Shown in pieces: positions 17,884 to 29,149 of a stretch of DNA of 64,000 nt; within the stretch, counting starts at the first letter, position 1, and every line of letters starts with the position of its first letter. The notes below the pieces were generated by a model, which was not told the origin of the DNA, searched no databases, and saw only the letters and a list, made by a program, of their open reading frames with translations. The stretch is taken from the NCBI RefSeq assembly GCF_009914755.1, contig NC_060932.1; one strand, given 5' to 3'. Origin of the DNA: the human T2T-CHM13v2.0 reference genome, Homo sapiens. Both the position numbers and the translations under genes were made by a program.

Positions 17884-18017
17884 GGCAGGAGCGCGCGGCG
17901 GTGCCTGTGGTCCCAGCTACCCTGGCGGCTGAGGCAGTAGTCAGCAGAGATCACGCAACTGCACTCCAGCCCGGGCAGCAGACCAAGACCCTGTCTCAAA
18001 GAGTAAATAAATAAAAA
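17884..18017 (+). mobile_element. Alu monomer (FAM/FRAM-like) with internal deletion
   Basis: gcctgtggtcccagctac...actgcactccagcccgggcagcagaccaagaccctgtctcaaa followed by an A-rich tail. Confidence 0.75.
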
Positions 18018-18064
18018 GGAACACATTGGAGGCTGGAATGTCCTGGGCACCTTGACTCTAGACC

Positions 18065-19380
18065 TGCCAGAGCACTGTGATAGGAGGGCAGTGAGGGGAG
18101 CGCTGTGAGGGGGGAGCTCTGTGAGGGGAGCGCTGTGAGGGAACGCGGGGAGGGATGTGAGGGAGCGCTGCGCCAGAGCGCTGTGAGGGGAGCACTGTGA
18201 GGGGAGGGATGTGAGGGGGGCGCTGTGAGGGGAGGGATGTGAGGGGGGCGCTGTGAGGGGAGGGATGTGAGGGGAGCTCTGTGAGGGGAGCGCTGCGCCA
18301 GAGCGCTGTGAGGGGAGCACTGTGAGGGGAGGGATGTGAGGGGGGCGCTGTGAGGGGAGCTCTGTGAGGGGAGCGCGGTAAGGGAACACCGGGAGGGATG
18401 TGAGGGAGCGCTGTGCCAGAGCGCTGTGAGGGGAGCACTGTGAGGGGAGGGATGTGAGGGGGGGCCCTGTGAAGGGAGGGATGTGAACAAGTGCTGTGAG
18501 GGGAGCGCCGTGAGCGGAGACATGTGGGGGGAGCGCCCTGACGGGAAGGATGTGAGGGGGGCCCAGTGAGGGGAGGGATGTGAGGGGAGCGCCATGAGGG
18601 GAAGGATGTGAGGGGAGTGCCGTGAGCAGAAGGAAGTGAGGGGGCACTGTGAGGGGAGAGATGTGAGGGGAGCGCCCTGAGGGGAGGGATGTGAGAGGGG
18701 CGCTGTGAGGGGAGCGCCACGAGGGGAAGGATGTGAGAGGAGTGCCATGAGCAGAAGGATGTGAAGGGGCGCTGTGAGGGGAGAGATGTGAGGGGAGCCC
18801 CTGAGAGGAGGGATGTGAGAGGGGCACTATGAGGGGAGGGATGTGAGGGGAGCGCTGTGAGGGGAGCGTCGTGAGGGGAGCGCCGTGAGGGGAGCGCCGT
18901 GAGGGGAAGGATGTGAGGGGAGTGCCGTGAGCAGAAGGATGTGAGGGGGTCGCTGTGAGGGGAGAGATGTGAGTGGAGCCCCGTGAGGGGAGAGATGTGA
19001 GGGGGGCGCTGTGAGGGGAGAGATGTGAGTGGAGCGCCGTGAGGGGAAGGATGTGAGGGGGGCGCTGTGAGGGGAGAGATGTGAGGGGAGGGCCATGAGA
19101 GAAGAGATGTGAGGGGAGCGCCGTGAGGGGAGAGATGTGAGGGGAGCACTGTGCCAGAGTGCTGTGACGGGAGCACTGTGAGGGGACTGTTGTGAGGGGA
19201 GCACCGTGAGGGGAGGGATGTGAGGGGGGCGCTGTGAGGAAAGGGATGTGAGCAAACATTGTGAGGGGAGCACCGTGAGGGGAGAGATGTGAAGGGAGCG
19301 CCCTGAGGGGAGGGATGTGAAGGGGGCGCTGTGAGGGGAGGGATGTGAGTGAGTACTGTGAGGAGAGCTCAGTGAGGGGA
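18065..19380. repeat. G-rich minisatellite, about 14-bp core (gtgaggggagcgct / gtgaggggagggat variants), 1.3 kb
   Basis: Directly visible tandem array with strong strand asymmetry. Confidence 0.97.
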
Positions 19381-20615
19381 CGTTTTAAGCACAACTCCTT
19401 GGTTTCACCTTCATCATTCTCTCCCTTCTTCCTCCACACAGGCCTGGCACTGGCATGGGTTGCTGAGAAGGCCCCTGAAGCAGCATTTCATCACCACCAT
19501 GGCCTCCAAGAGAGCGGTGCCTCCTATGAGCCCTAGAGTGCAGGTTCTCCAAGGGCCACTGAGGCCCTGAGAACCTTCCTCTGCTCACCGTCAAGGTCAG
19601 CCGGGACCTCGGAAACTGGTGTTCCTCACTCTCCCTCTCATGTAAACACCTCTGGCTGACCTGGTCGTGGGAGCAGGCTCGGACCTGTGAGGCCAGGCAA
19701 GGGTCCCTGGTGAGAAGGGCCTGTTCACCTCCCCTGCCTCCTGCCAGTCACTGTGGTTCTCTCCGGGGTCATCATGGAAGTCTCCTTCTTGGTTCTTCGT
19801 CAGCCAAGAGTGACAGGAACAAGAACAACAAGAGGACCTCGTGCAAGGAGCTCCTGATGCCTTCCCCAGTCCATTTGTCCACCCCTTGGGTGGCTCAGAC
19901 TCAAGCTGCTCTTCTCTCTACGTCTGCTCCTAAACACTGGGGGGACATCACTCAAGGATAAGGGCTTTTTTTTTTTTTAACCAACAATATCTTTGCTCTA
20001 AAGCAAAGCAGGGCTAAGGATGGAGAGACAGAGACCTCCCATCTTTGCTCCTTCACCTGTCAATCAAAAGGGCAATAAAGTAATTGAAAAGGCATAAAAA
20101 CAAAGCTCAGAGAGGAGAAGACAGGAAGACTCGGCCAGGAGGGAGGACTGAGCAATCTCAGGTAAAGCAGGAACAGGGAAGCCCAGCTACCACCCAGGGG
20201 ATCTGCGCCAGACTCAGGAAACCTCAGAAGTCAGGGGTGTCAAGGAGCCCGGGTGATTGTGAGGCACCTCAGGCATGCAGGGGCAGCTGGGCAGTGAGGG
20301 TGGAGGACACCTTGCTGAGAGGGGTGAGTGGAGCCCCCCTGTGGAGAGTGGGATACCTCACCCACCTTCCAAGCTCCCAGAATGTCAAAGGCCAGGCTCA
20401 TACCCCCAGGCAGGAGGTCAAAGAATTAAAGGACCTCTCTCTTGGCTGTGGAGGGAAAATCTACAAATGCAGTCTTTGGACTTAGGAGTCCCCAGTGGAA
20501 GAACTGGGCCATCTCCACTGCTGTGAGGTGAGGGCCACTCGTAAGCAAGCCCCCATACGCCTCCTACAGCTGTTGGGCCTTGGCTGCAGAGCTGTTGGGC
20601 ACTTGGCTGCAGAGC

Positions 20616-20960
20616 TGTTATCAGCCAGGGTCCCAGCAGGAAATCCATGACACGCTCAAGCTTGGTAAATCGAGAAAAGTTTAATTAAGGAACTGCTATT
20701 GAAAAGCAATAATCAAAAAAGAACTAATGGCAAACGTGCAGGCAGTCTTGGAATACCATGGGAGAGCTGCAGTGCCCTGCCACCAGCACAAACTCCAGTC
20801 TTGAAGGACATGCCTGAGCAGTTAGTGGAACCCAGGAAGGCCACAGGACAGCAGGGATGCCCAGCAAGGCCTTCAGGAGAGGGATGCAGATGACTGGAGG
20901 AAACCTCTATGGGAAAGAGCCCGGCTGCATCTCCTCCCCACACACCATCCACTCCCATTG
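20616..20960. mobile_element. Possible LTR33-type (ERVL) LTR fragment
   Basis: tgttatcagccagggtcccagcaggaaa...acgctcaa...gagaaaagtttaattaaggaact resembles an LTR33-family end. Confidence 0.4.
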
Positions 20961-23449
20961 GAAGCACATGTGGCTGCTTCCTGCATGTGAGTGGGTTGGG
21001 GTGGGGGGTCTGTGTGGAGGATGCAGGCCAGAGACCCAGGGAGACCCTAACATGACACAGACCCAGAGAGAAACCTGGAGGAAGCCGAGTGGATGGAGGG
21101 AGTAGGACGCAGACAAACCTATGATATTCGCAGAGAAACAGGGTGGCCGTGAAATAAGAGCAGACACCGCAAAACTACACACAGAATCTTTCAATTAAAA
21201 GTAGAATAGACATAAATAATTTAATAGAAATGTTGAATATTAGACTCATTTACATCTCACAGAAACAGAATAAAAAGATGCACAGATGAAGAATTAGGGA
21301 GGAATGAAAAAAGAAATAGAGAATCAACCCAGAAATTCCAATACCCACTTAATGAGAAGAGAGACCAGAGAGGTCAGACAGGAGAGACCAGCAAAGAAAT
21401 AACTCAAACAAGTGGTCCAGAACTGCAGACAGGAGCCCAGATTGAGAGAGCAGCGCATGCATGAAAGAACAGAGTAAAAACACCTGTGTCATCCACATCC
21501 TCATTGCTGAGACACTTCAGGCAGAGCTCACCAGCAGCCCAGGGGCCAGAGCCACAGGCCCCAGCACTCTCGTGGCAGAACTGGAATGGCTGAGACCTCC
21601 CTACAGAACGCTGGAGTCTGCAGGGCGGGAAGTGAAGCCTTCTCAGTTCTGAGAGACATTTCTTGCAGCCTAGAATCCTGGTCCCAGAAAGAAAAGGTCA
21701 AGGAGAGAATGGCGACGTCTCCAGACATTGCAGGTCTCAAAGGGTTCCTTCCACACAGGGTAACTCAGGCAGCCCTGAAGGTGAGGAGCAGGGAGACACA
21801 GGGAAATGTGGCCAGAGCCTTAGGAGCTGAGGCAGTGGGGGCCTCAGGGACGCCATGGCTGGACCTTCGATGTGCCTGATCGTCCAAGGGTCTTTCTTAT
21901 TTCCGTTAGGAAGTATGTGGCTAGAACAGTGGTCCCTTCCTAGAAGTCTAAGGAAATAACAACTAAAATGCAACAGCTTCTAACCCCAGAGGAAACGGAG
22001 TGCATGAAGGGAAACTTAATCATTTTACAATTACACAGCTCAGCTGAGAATAAGCTCTGCGTGATCACAGGATGGCAACCTGGAATACTGAGGTCGCCAC
22101 AGAGTGTGGCTATCGCATTGGAGGAGAAGGGGGTGCAGAGATTGTGGGTGCATGCATGTGCTTAGCAGAAAGGTTAGGTCCTCCCCCATCATTGAAGGAA
22201 ATCAATAGATGAGCCCCAAAATAAACATGAGACACAAGCATGTTCTTTCACAGGAGGCAAACACCAAGAGACAGAGTGACAGCCGCAAGGACCGAGGGTG
22301 GAATAAGGAAGCCGCTTTCACCACAAACCAGGCAGTAATGCTGGCTCTTAAAAGCTTTGCAAGCAGTGATTCTTGCCCTTTTGGCCAAGACCAAGTGTAG
22401 TACCTGCTCTTAGCCGTTTAAGAATTTTACATATACAAGTGCAATAAAATTTACAAGTAAAGCCTTAAAAATATGTAGAAAGTTACGTTTTAAATAGCAA
22501 CAAATAATTTGGGTGTTGATGTGTAAAACAGAGCAGGGCTACTGGGCTTAACTGGAATTTGAAGCAGATGCAGCTTATAAAATTTCAATAATCAGTTTCT
22601 GAAATTTTATTTTAAAAAATAATTATGAGTAGAGGACACGTTGCTTTTTATTTTGCTGGTAGTTTTCACTACACACAGACTGCAATTTGGGAATTGCAGA
22701 AAGAGACTGAGCTGACCAACTTAGAGCTGTGTCAAGAAAAGTTTCCATTAGGTCCTAAAGTCCCCAGAGGCTAGAGGCTAGGGAGGGCCTGCTACAGGGG
22801 CCAGCTGGTTGGACACGGCCTGAGCCCCCACACTCGCCCCCAGATGCTGTGGTTCTGCTGCAAAACCAGACCCTCGTTTCCAGCATCCTCTGTTTCCATG
22901 AGCAATACTATAAGCCTTGAGCAGAACCAGAGCCGCGTGCACAGACACGGTGTCATCTCATGATTTCCACCTCCTGAACCATGTGTGGGCACTGACGGCA
23001 GACTGGAAAGCGGAAAGCTGCGGGATGTAGTCCTTGCATGGACCCCATGGCCAGGACTACCTCAGAACTTCTGAGGGTTATGTTCCAAGTTCATTCCTGC
23101 CCCTGCTCAGGCCCCAAATCTGCCTGCATCTGCAAAGCCCTAGAGCTTGCAGTCCTTAGACCTAAATAAGTGGCTCCTGCTCCCACCAGGCCAGGCCAGT
23201 TAGGAGAGAGGGTCAAAGTCATAGGTCACAGAGTGATGCAAAGGATGATGAGATCAGGCAGTGGGGCTTCAGTCTGGGGGCTTCCACAGTGGTCCCAGCC
23301 TGTAGCCATTGCCTCTGCACCTAGCCAATGCACCACCAGCCCCCAAGACTTCCCTAGAGGCAGAGGAGGTGATGATAAGGGGACGCTGTGAGGGGTCTTC
23401 TGGTCAACTTGCCTTTCTGTGGCCTTTTCCCCTCTTCCCAGTGGAGCAA

Positions 23450-23910
23450 ATTGTTTCCCTGTAGGAGAAGAAAAACTGGACGCCTGTAACCCATGGCAGA
23501 TGAACAAGAGAAAAACAGAAGTTTATTAATCCACACACCTCATGCGTGGGTGGCAAACTCCAGGGGAAGACGCACAAATCTGCAGGAGGTGGCCCAGAAC
23601 CCTAGCTTATCTTCAACTAAAATAAAGAAAGAAGGTGGGGGTGGCCAGCAACGGGGAGGTGACCAGAAAGGCAGGTGACCAAGGCCACAACTTGCTGTGG
23701 GCTTGTAATAGAGCTTTCTCCTCAACAAGTGTCTCTTGTAACTGAGTTTCCCTCTTCTTCCTGGATCCCAGAGGAGACACCCGGCAGGTAGAGATTCCTT
23801 CACAGAGGTAAATTCCCCTTCCAAAAGGGCGACTTCTTAGAGCTTCTCCTGCAGCTGCCATTCCTCAAAATCCTTGTTCAATGAGGCACACTCTGGGATG
23901 GGGCCTTCTC
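23450..23910 (-). mobile_element. Possible ERV1-class (MER31/MER34/MER39-like) solo LTR
   Basis: agatgaacaagagaaaaacagaagtttattaat, gtaaattccccttccaaaaggg, ctcaaaatcc...aggcacactctggg resemble the antisense of MER4-group LTRs. Confidence 0.45.
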
Positions 23911-24116
23911 TCTCCTGAAGGTCCCACGGGAAGGCCTGGGCTGGGTACCAGACTCTCTTCCAAGCCAAACAACCTATCACCTGGAAACAGCCACTTTTAA
24001 CCACAAGTGATGAGAAATGCTTTATTCTCTATTTGGATATTTTTAAGTGCCTCTGTACAACTGTCTCTGTCACCAAGCCAGTTCCACTGATCAGAGCACT
24101 GCAGGGGACATCAGGT

Positions 24117-24629
24117 CGGGGATCCCCAACCCCCGGGTCATGGACCAGTACTGGTCTGTTGCCTGTAAGGAACTGGGCCACACAGCAGGTGAGTGACAGG
24201 TGAGTGAACAAAGCTTCATCTGTATTTCCAGCTGTTCCCCATTGCCCATGTTACCAGTTGAGCTCTCTCCTCTCAGAGTAGTGGTGGCATTAGATTCTCA
24301 TGGGAGCACAAACCCTATTGTGAACTGTGCACAGGAAGGATCTAAGTTGCATGCTCCTTATGAGAACCTAATGCCTGATGATCTGTCACTGTCTCTCATC
24401 ACCCTCAGATGGGACCCTCTAGTTGCAGAAAAACAAGCTCAGAGTTCCCACTGATTCTACATGAGATGACTTGTATAATTATATTATAATGTAATAATAA
24501 TAGAAATAAAGTACACAATAAAGATAATGTGCTTGAATCATCCTGAAAGCATCCCCCCACCACCAGGTCCATAGAAAAATTGTCTTCCATGAAACTGGTC
24601 CCTGGTGCCACAAAGCTTGGGGACCACTG
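24117..24629 (+). mobile_element. MER1A (hAT-Charlie DNA transposon)
   Basis: Terminal inverted repeats cggggatccccaac...cttggggaccactg; internal gcattagattctcat, ccttatgagaacctaatgcctgatgatctg, gaaaaattgtcttccatgaaactggtccctggtgcc. Confidence 0.9.
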
Positions 24630-26230
24630 CTTTAGGGTGGAGAGCACCGTGCAATCCACATGTGCCATGGGCTCCACAATCCACCCGACGCAATGCTGCT
24701 TTTAGGAGTCCAGCAAACATCCACAAAGCATCTGCCACACACCAGGTGCTACACCTGGTACTTGGGTTGCAGAAATGAACAGAACATGACACTCACCTAC
24801 CGAGAGGTTGAAGGCAGCTGAGGGCAACGGGTCATAATAAAGCAAGTAACCTAGAGCCACAGGTCTACAGCAGGGCTGGAGCAGGAGATTCTGTGGCACC
24901 AAGGAGGTCACCAATGCCCCTTCGGTGGGACTTATCTAGGAGCCGACAGAGTTTTCGGCAGTGGCCACGGCTCATTCCTCACCCCACCAGTGTCACAGGT
25001 TCTCGGTCTGAGGGCAACCGAGACAGCCCTGCTGGATTCGCTGAACTCACAGGCACTTCCCAGACATGCACTCAGCAGTGCCACTTTAGAGCACCCAGTG
25101 TCTGCTCAGATGCTGAGTCCCTGAACAGGAAAGCCTCTTACTTGTCTCTGTAAACCAAACATGCTCTCAGCAAACTGTAAACCTTAGGAATGTTTGTTGA
25201 ATAAATAAAATTAAAATAAAACGAACCATAGGCCGTAAGCTACACGAGGCAGGGAGCAAGGTGGCTCCTGCAGCACAGAGTTGTGTAAATCAGCATGGCC
25301 CGAGCTTCCTGACACAGACAGGGAACGAGGAGAGAAAATAGAGTGGGAGGAACTGAGAAAAGGCTAGGAGGTGAGGGAGGAGGTGAAGGGGAGACGAGAA
25401 GGGACACTGTGGGGAGGCTGCCAGGCAGATGAAGGGTGAAACATAAGTCGGGAGCAGTTCACACCACTTGTGTCTCTGTTTCCAGCCCTCATTTTCCGGT
25501 GAACAAAATGTGAATATTCTCCACATTTAGTGTCACAGAGAGGCGTTGTAAGAGGTTGCAAGTTCAGGCTTAATGCAGAATTTTAATGAGATGCATACGC
25601 ACTTCTCTTCACTGGCTCATTTTGTCCTGCTTAGGGCTCCACAGAGCATGTCACAGGGGAGATGCAAGGTAGCTCATCTTTTTCCATTTAGAAAACTCAG
25701 TGCCAGTGGTGCTGGCAAGTCCCGTGAACTTGGACAAACATATCATGAATCTCCATTGTTCTTGGCTTCTAAGACCTCTCTCCCAACCCATGATTTGCTG
25801 CTGCAATATTACTATGCTAATGATGAAGGAAGACACTGAAATACAGACTTGGCACAAAGACGCTCAGATACACAAACTGCCTTAAAAACTGTGAAGACCC
25901 TTACAGACCACTAGGGGTAGATGGAAAGACTTTAAGTATTAATATTTTCAAAGCTTGTACTTTCACACTTCATAAAGTGCTTTCATGAATATTGTCTTTG
26001 CATAATGATGTAATGGGCACTTTTCCCACTTTGTGGGTTATGGAGGGACTTATCCGCAGTCACCTGGCAAATGGGGCCTCAAGCCAAGCTTCCTTCTGCC
26101 AAATCTGGGCTCTTTGAAACATGGAGTCACCGTGTGGTGGGTGGTGGCTGCCTCGGTTCAGCCCTGGAACTGCAAAGCTAGAGGAGACAGCTGGGCAGGA
26201 ATGCATCTGGTGACTCCTCCTGGCACAGAG

Positions 26231-26790
26231 AGGACAGAGGGGAGCAGTGGAAGGCGTTAGGAGTGGGAAGGGGCTGCGGCTAGCCATGCAGCCTGGGTTC
26301 TAATCCCCTCGGGACAGAGAGGAGCAGTGGAAGGCGTTGGGAGTGGGAAGGGGCTGCGGCTAGCCATGCAGCCTGGGTTCTAATCCCCTCGGGACAGAGA
26401 GGAGCAGTGGAAGGCGTTGGGAGTGGGAAGGGGCTGTGACCTGCCACGCAGCCTGGGTTCTAATCCCCTCGGGACAGAGAGGAGCAGTGGAAGGCATTAG
26501 GAGTGGGAAGGGGCTGCCGCCTGCCACGCAGCCTGGGTTCTAATCCCCTCGGGACAGAGAGGAGCAGTGGAAGGCGTTGGGAGTGGGAAGGGGCTGCCGC
26601 CTGCCACGCAGCCTGGGTTCTAATCCCCTCGGGACAGAGAGGAGCAGTGGAAGGCGTTGGGAGTGGGAAGGGGCTGCCGCCTGCCATGCAGCCTGGGTTC
26701 TAATCCCCTCGGGACAGAGAGGAGCAGTGGAAGGCGCTGGGAGTGGGAAGGGGCTGCGGCCAGCCATGCAGCCTGGGTGCTAATCCCCTC
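26231..26790. repeat. 80-bp VNTR, 7 copies
   Basis: Unit gggacagagaggagcagtggaaggcgttgggagtgggaaggggctgccgcctgccacgcagcctgggttctaatcccctc starting at 26231, 26311 ... 26711. Confidence 0.97.
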
Positions 26791-28439
26791 GTTCGGCCCC
26801 CTGTGTCATGGAGTCACTGCTTAGAGGCATTTCCATGTTTCACCTCTCTGGAGCCTCAGAGGGTTTTCTATGTCCTGAAACTGCTCGGTGTCATCTGGAT
26901 GTCCGGGCTTTTCCACAGAGACCGACTGACATGCTTACATAACTCTCTCCAGGGGATACGGGACAGCACAAGCCACCCCTCCCACCTCCCCTGAGCATTG
27001 ACGGAACCATCAGGATCAGGAGCGAGGGAGCAGCAAGAAGCCAGGAGCTACTGCCTGGCCAGGAGCAGGGGGCAGGCAGGGGCGAGGGCACTCCAGGGCC
27101 ACTCATGCTGCACCCGGAAACTTGTGGCTCTGGAGGGCAGCCCTGTGTGACTTTGTGCATCCCATTGCTCAAAGCACCAACTGCATATATTTTTAAGGGG
27201 AATTTCCACACCCAGCAACAAACCCATGATCAGAAAGACATGTGGCCATCCCTCCAATGAGGAGGTTTACTAGGAAGTGGGAGGGAGTGAGAAAAGGAGG
27301 AGACAGAGAGAGACACAGAGAGACAGAGACACACACCCACAAAGACAGAGAGAGACACAGGCCGAGAGCACCTTGAGGGAGGGGTCAGAAGGCACAGGTG
27401 CTGGAGGCCTGGAGGGAAGGGAGGTGCTGGGCAGCGGAGAAGCGAGAGGGACAGAGCAGGAGGAGCTTTGATTGGGACCCATCAGTGCAGGCTGTGTGAG
27501 AAACCATATGGATTCAGCTGCCGCCATGTAAAGACCAGCAGGGAAGAGGCCACGCTGTCCTGAGAACCTAGACAAGCCCTCCGCACATACCACGCGTGCC
27601 CACAGGATCTGTCTCGATCTCATTCTCCCTCTCCGCACGCCTCTCCAGGGTTGCACTACGTGCCACACAGACCAATGGATTCAAGCTCGAAGCATCTGCA
27701 GGACTCACCAGCAGCTCTCTCAGACACCCTGGATGGGAGGGAGGGCTGAGCCACAGAGACCAGTAGGACTGGGATCTCTGGAGATCACGCCCAGCCAGGA
27801 GGGTTTTGAAAATGCCCTGGTTAAGAAACCCTGACTCTGACCTCCGACGGGGGACAAGGGAGCCCCAAGACCAAGGAGGGTTCCTGGGACCTGCCAGGCT
27901 CTGGTGGGCCAGTAGGCACACATGGGCACACCCAGGCCCCTCCCTGAGGCTGGAGGGGCACCCGCAGGACCCATTTTAAATAAACATCCTCTTAGAAAAT
28001 ACAGGCCCTAAAGCAGTGGCTTCAAATTCTTTTGACCACAAAGCACACCAGGAACATTGCTTTACGTCAGGACTCAGCCGTGACTAAAACGAGCCATCCA
28101 CAAATAATGCCATGCTGGCGCTCAGCATCCCACGATCCGTTTATTCCACACTGGCTCACAGGGAAAGAGAATATGGGCAGCGAGCGGGCTCTTTTGAGTT
28201 TCTCGCACAGTGCCTGTGGCTGCAGAAGTAGGGTTCAGCCTGGGGAAGCCACCTTCTCCAGGTGAAGGAGCGTGGGGCTGTGAGTAGACAGAGGGCAGAT
28301 ACGGCCAACCCTCAGGATGCTGCGTGGCTGCCTCAAACATTCCAGGATACTTCCAGTCAAAGTTTCTCACGAACGAGGGCCCAGGTCAGGAAGTGAGGGG
28401 AAGTCAGGCTGCAAAGGGAACCATCAGCTCCCACGGGTG

Positions 28440-28565
28440 ACCCCACCTCAGTGCCCAGGCCCCCCACGCCCAACCCCACCTCAACGCCCGGGCCCCCCAC
28501 ACTCCACCCTGCCTCAGTGCCAAGACCCCGCATGCCAGACCCCACCTCAACACCCAGGCCCCCTA
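28440..28565. repeat. 33-bp C-rich tandem repeat, about 4 diverged copies
   Basis: ccccacctca-type starts at 28441, 28474, 28507 and 28540. Confidence 0.8.
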
Positions 28566-29149
28566 GACTCTGCCAATGCCCCTCGACACAAGCTGACCTC
28601 TGCCACTGTTTTCTCATTTTGAGGAAAAGCAGCCTGCCCCTCAGCTCACACCCACGCTTTGCCTCTGCAGCTACTCACAGCCTCATCCCTCCCGTATGTG
28701 ACAGCCCCTCCCAGATCGGGCGACAGCTGTGTCCTCCTAAGATGGATTCGCCTTCTACCAGTTCTAGGCCAGGACACCCAGCGTGTTTTAATGATGCTGC
28801 AGTCCATTACGATTCACCTCATGTTTATTTGACTGCAACAATGATGCCATGGAAAAATACATTGTAGTTGTTTCTATAGAAATGGGAATACGATTTAGTT
28901 CCATGGATTCTAAGGCGCTAGGAAGCTCGAAGTTTTTTTGTTTGTTTGTTTTGTTTTTAATTGGTCCCCGACAGCTGATGTCCCAGTGGTGACTCCTGAA
29001 ATTACTTTGGGAGCTTCAGATTAAAGAAACAGATGTAAGTGCTTTTAGATGAAGTATATGTAACATTTTCATTAGATCCAAGTTCTTTAAAAATTAGATG
29101 AGAGGTTACATAACTAGGGATTGAGTAATTCATTTTTAAAATTAAACCC

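Noticed and set aside
17823-19439. 538-, 372- and 250-aa minus-strand ORFs rich in P/S/H/L/T
   Set aside because: Artefacts of the stop-poor C-rich strand of the minisatellite; several frames are open at once and there is no domain or gene context.
26231-26790. Regularly spaced repeats as a possible CRISPR array (also 42760-43795 and 54588-56530)
   Set aside because: Units are head-to-tail with no unique spacers, there are no cas genes, and the DNA is primate.
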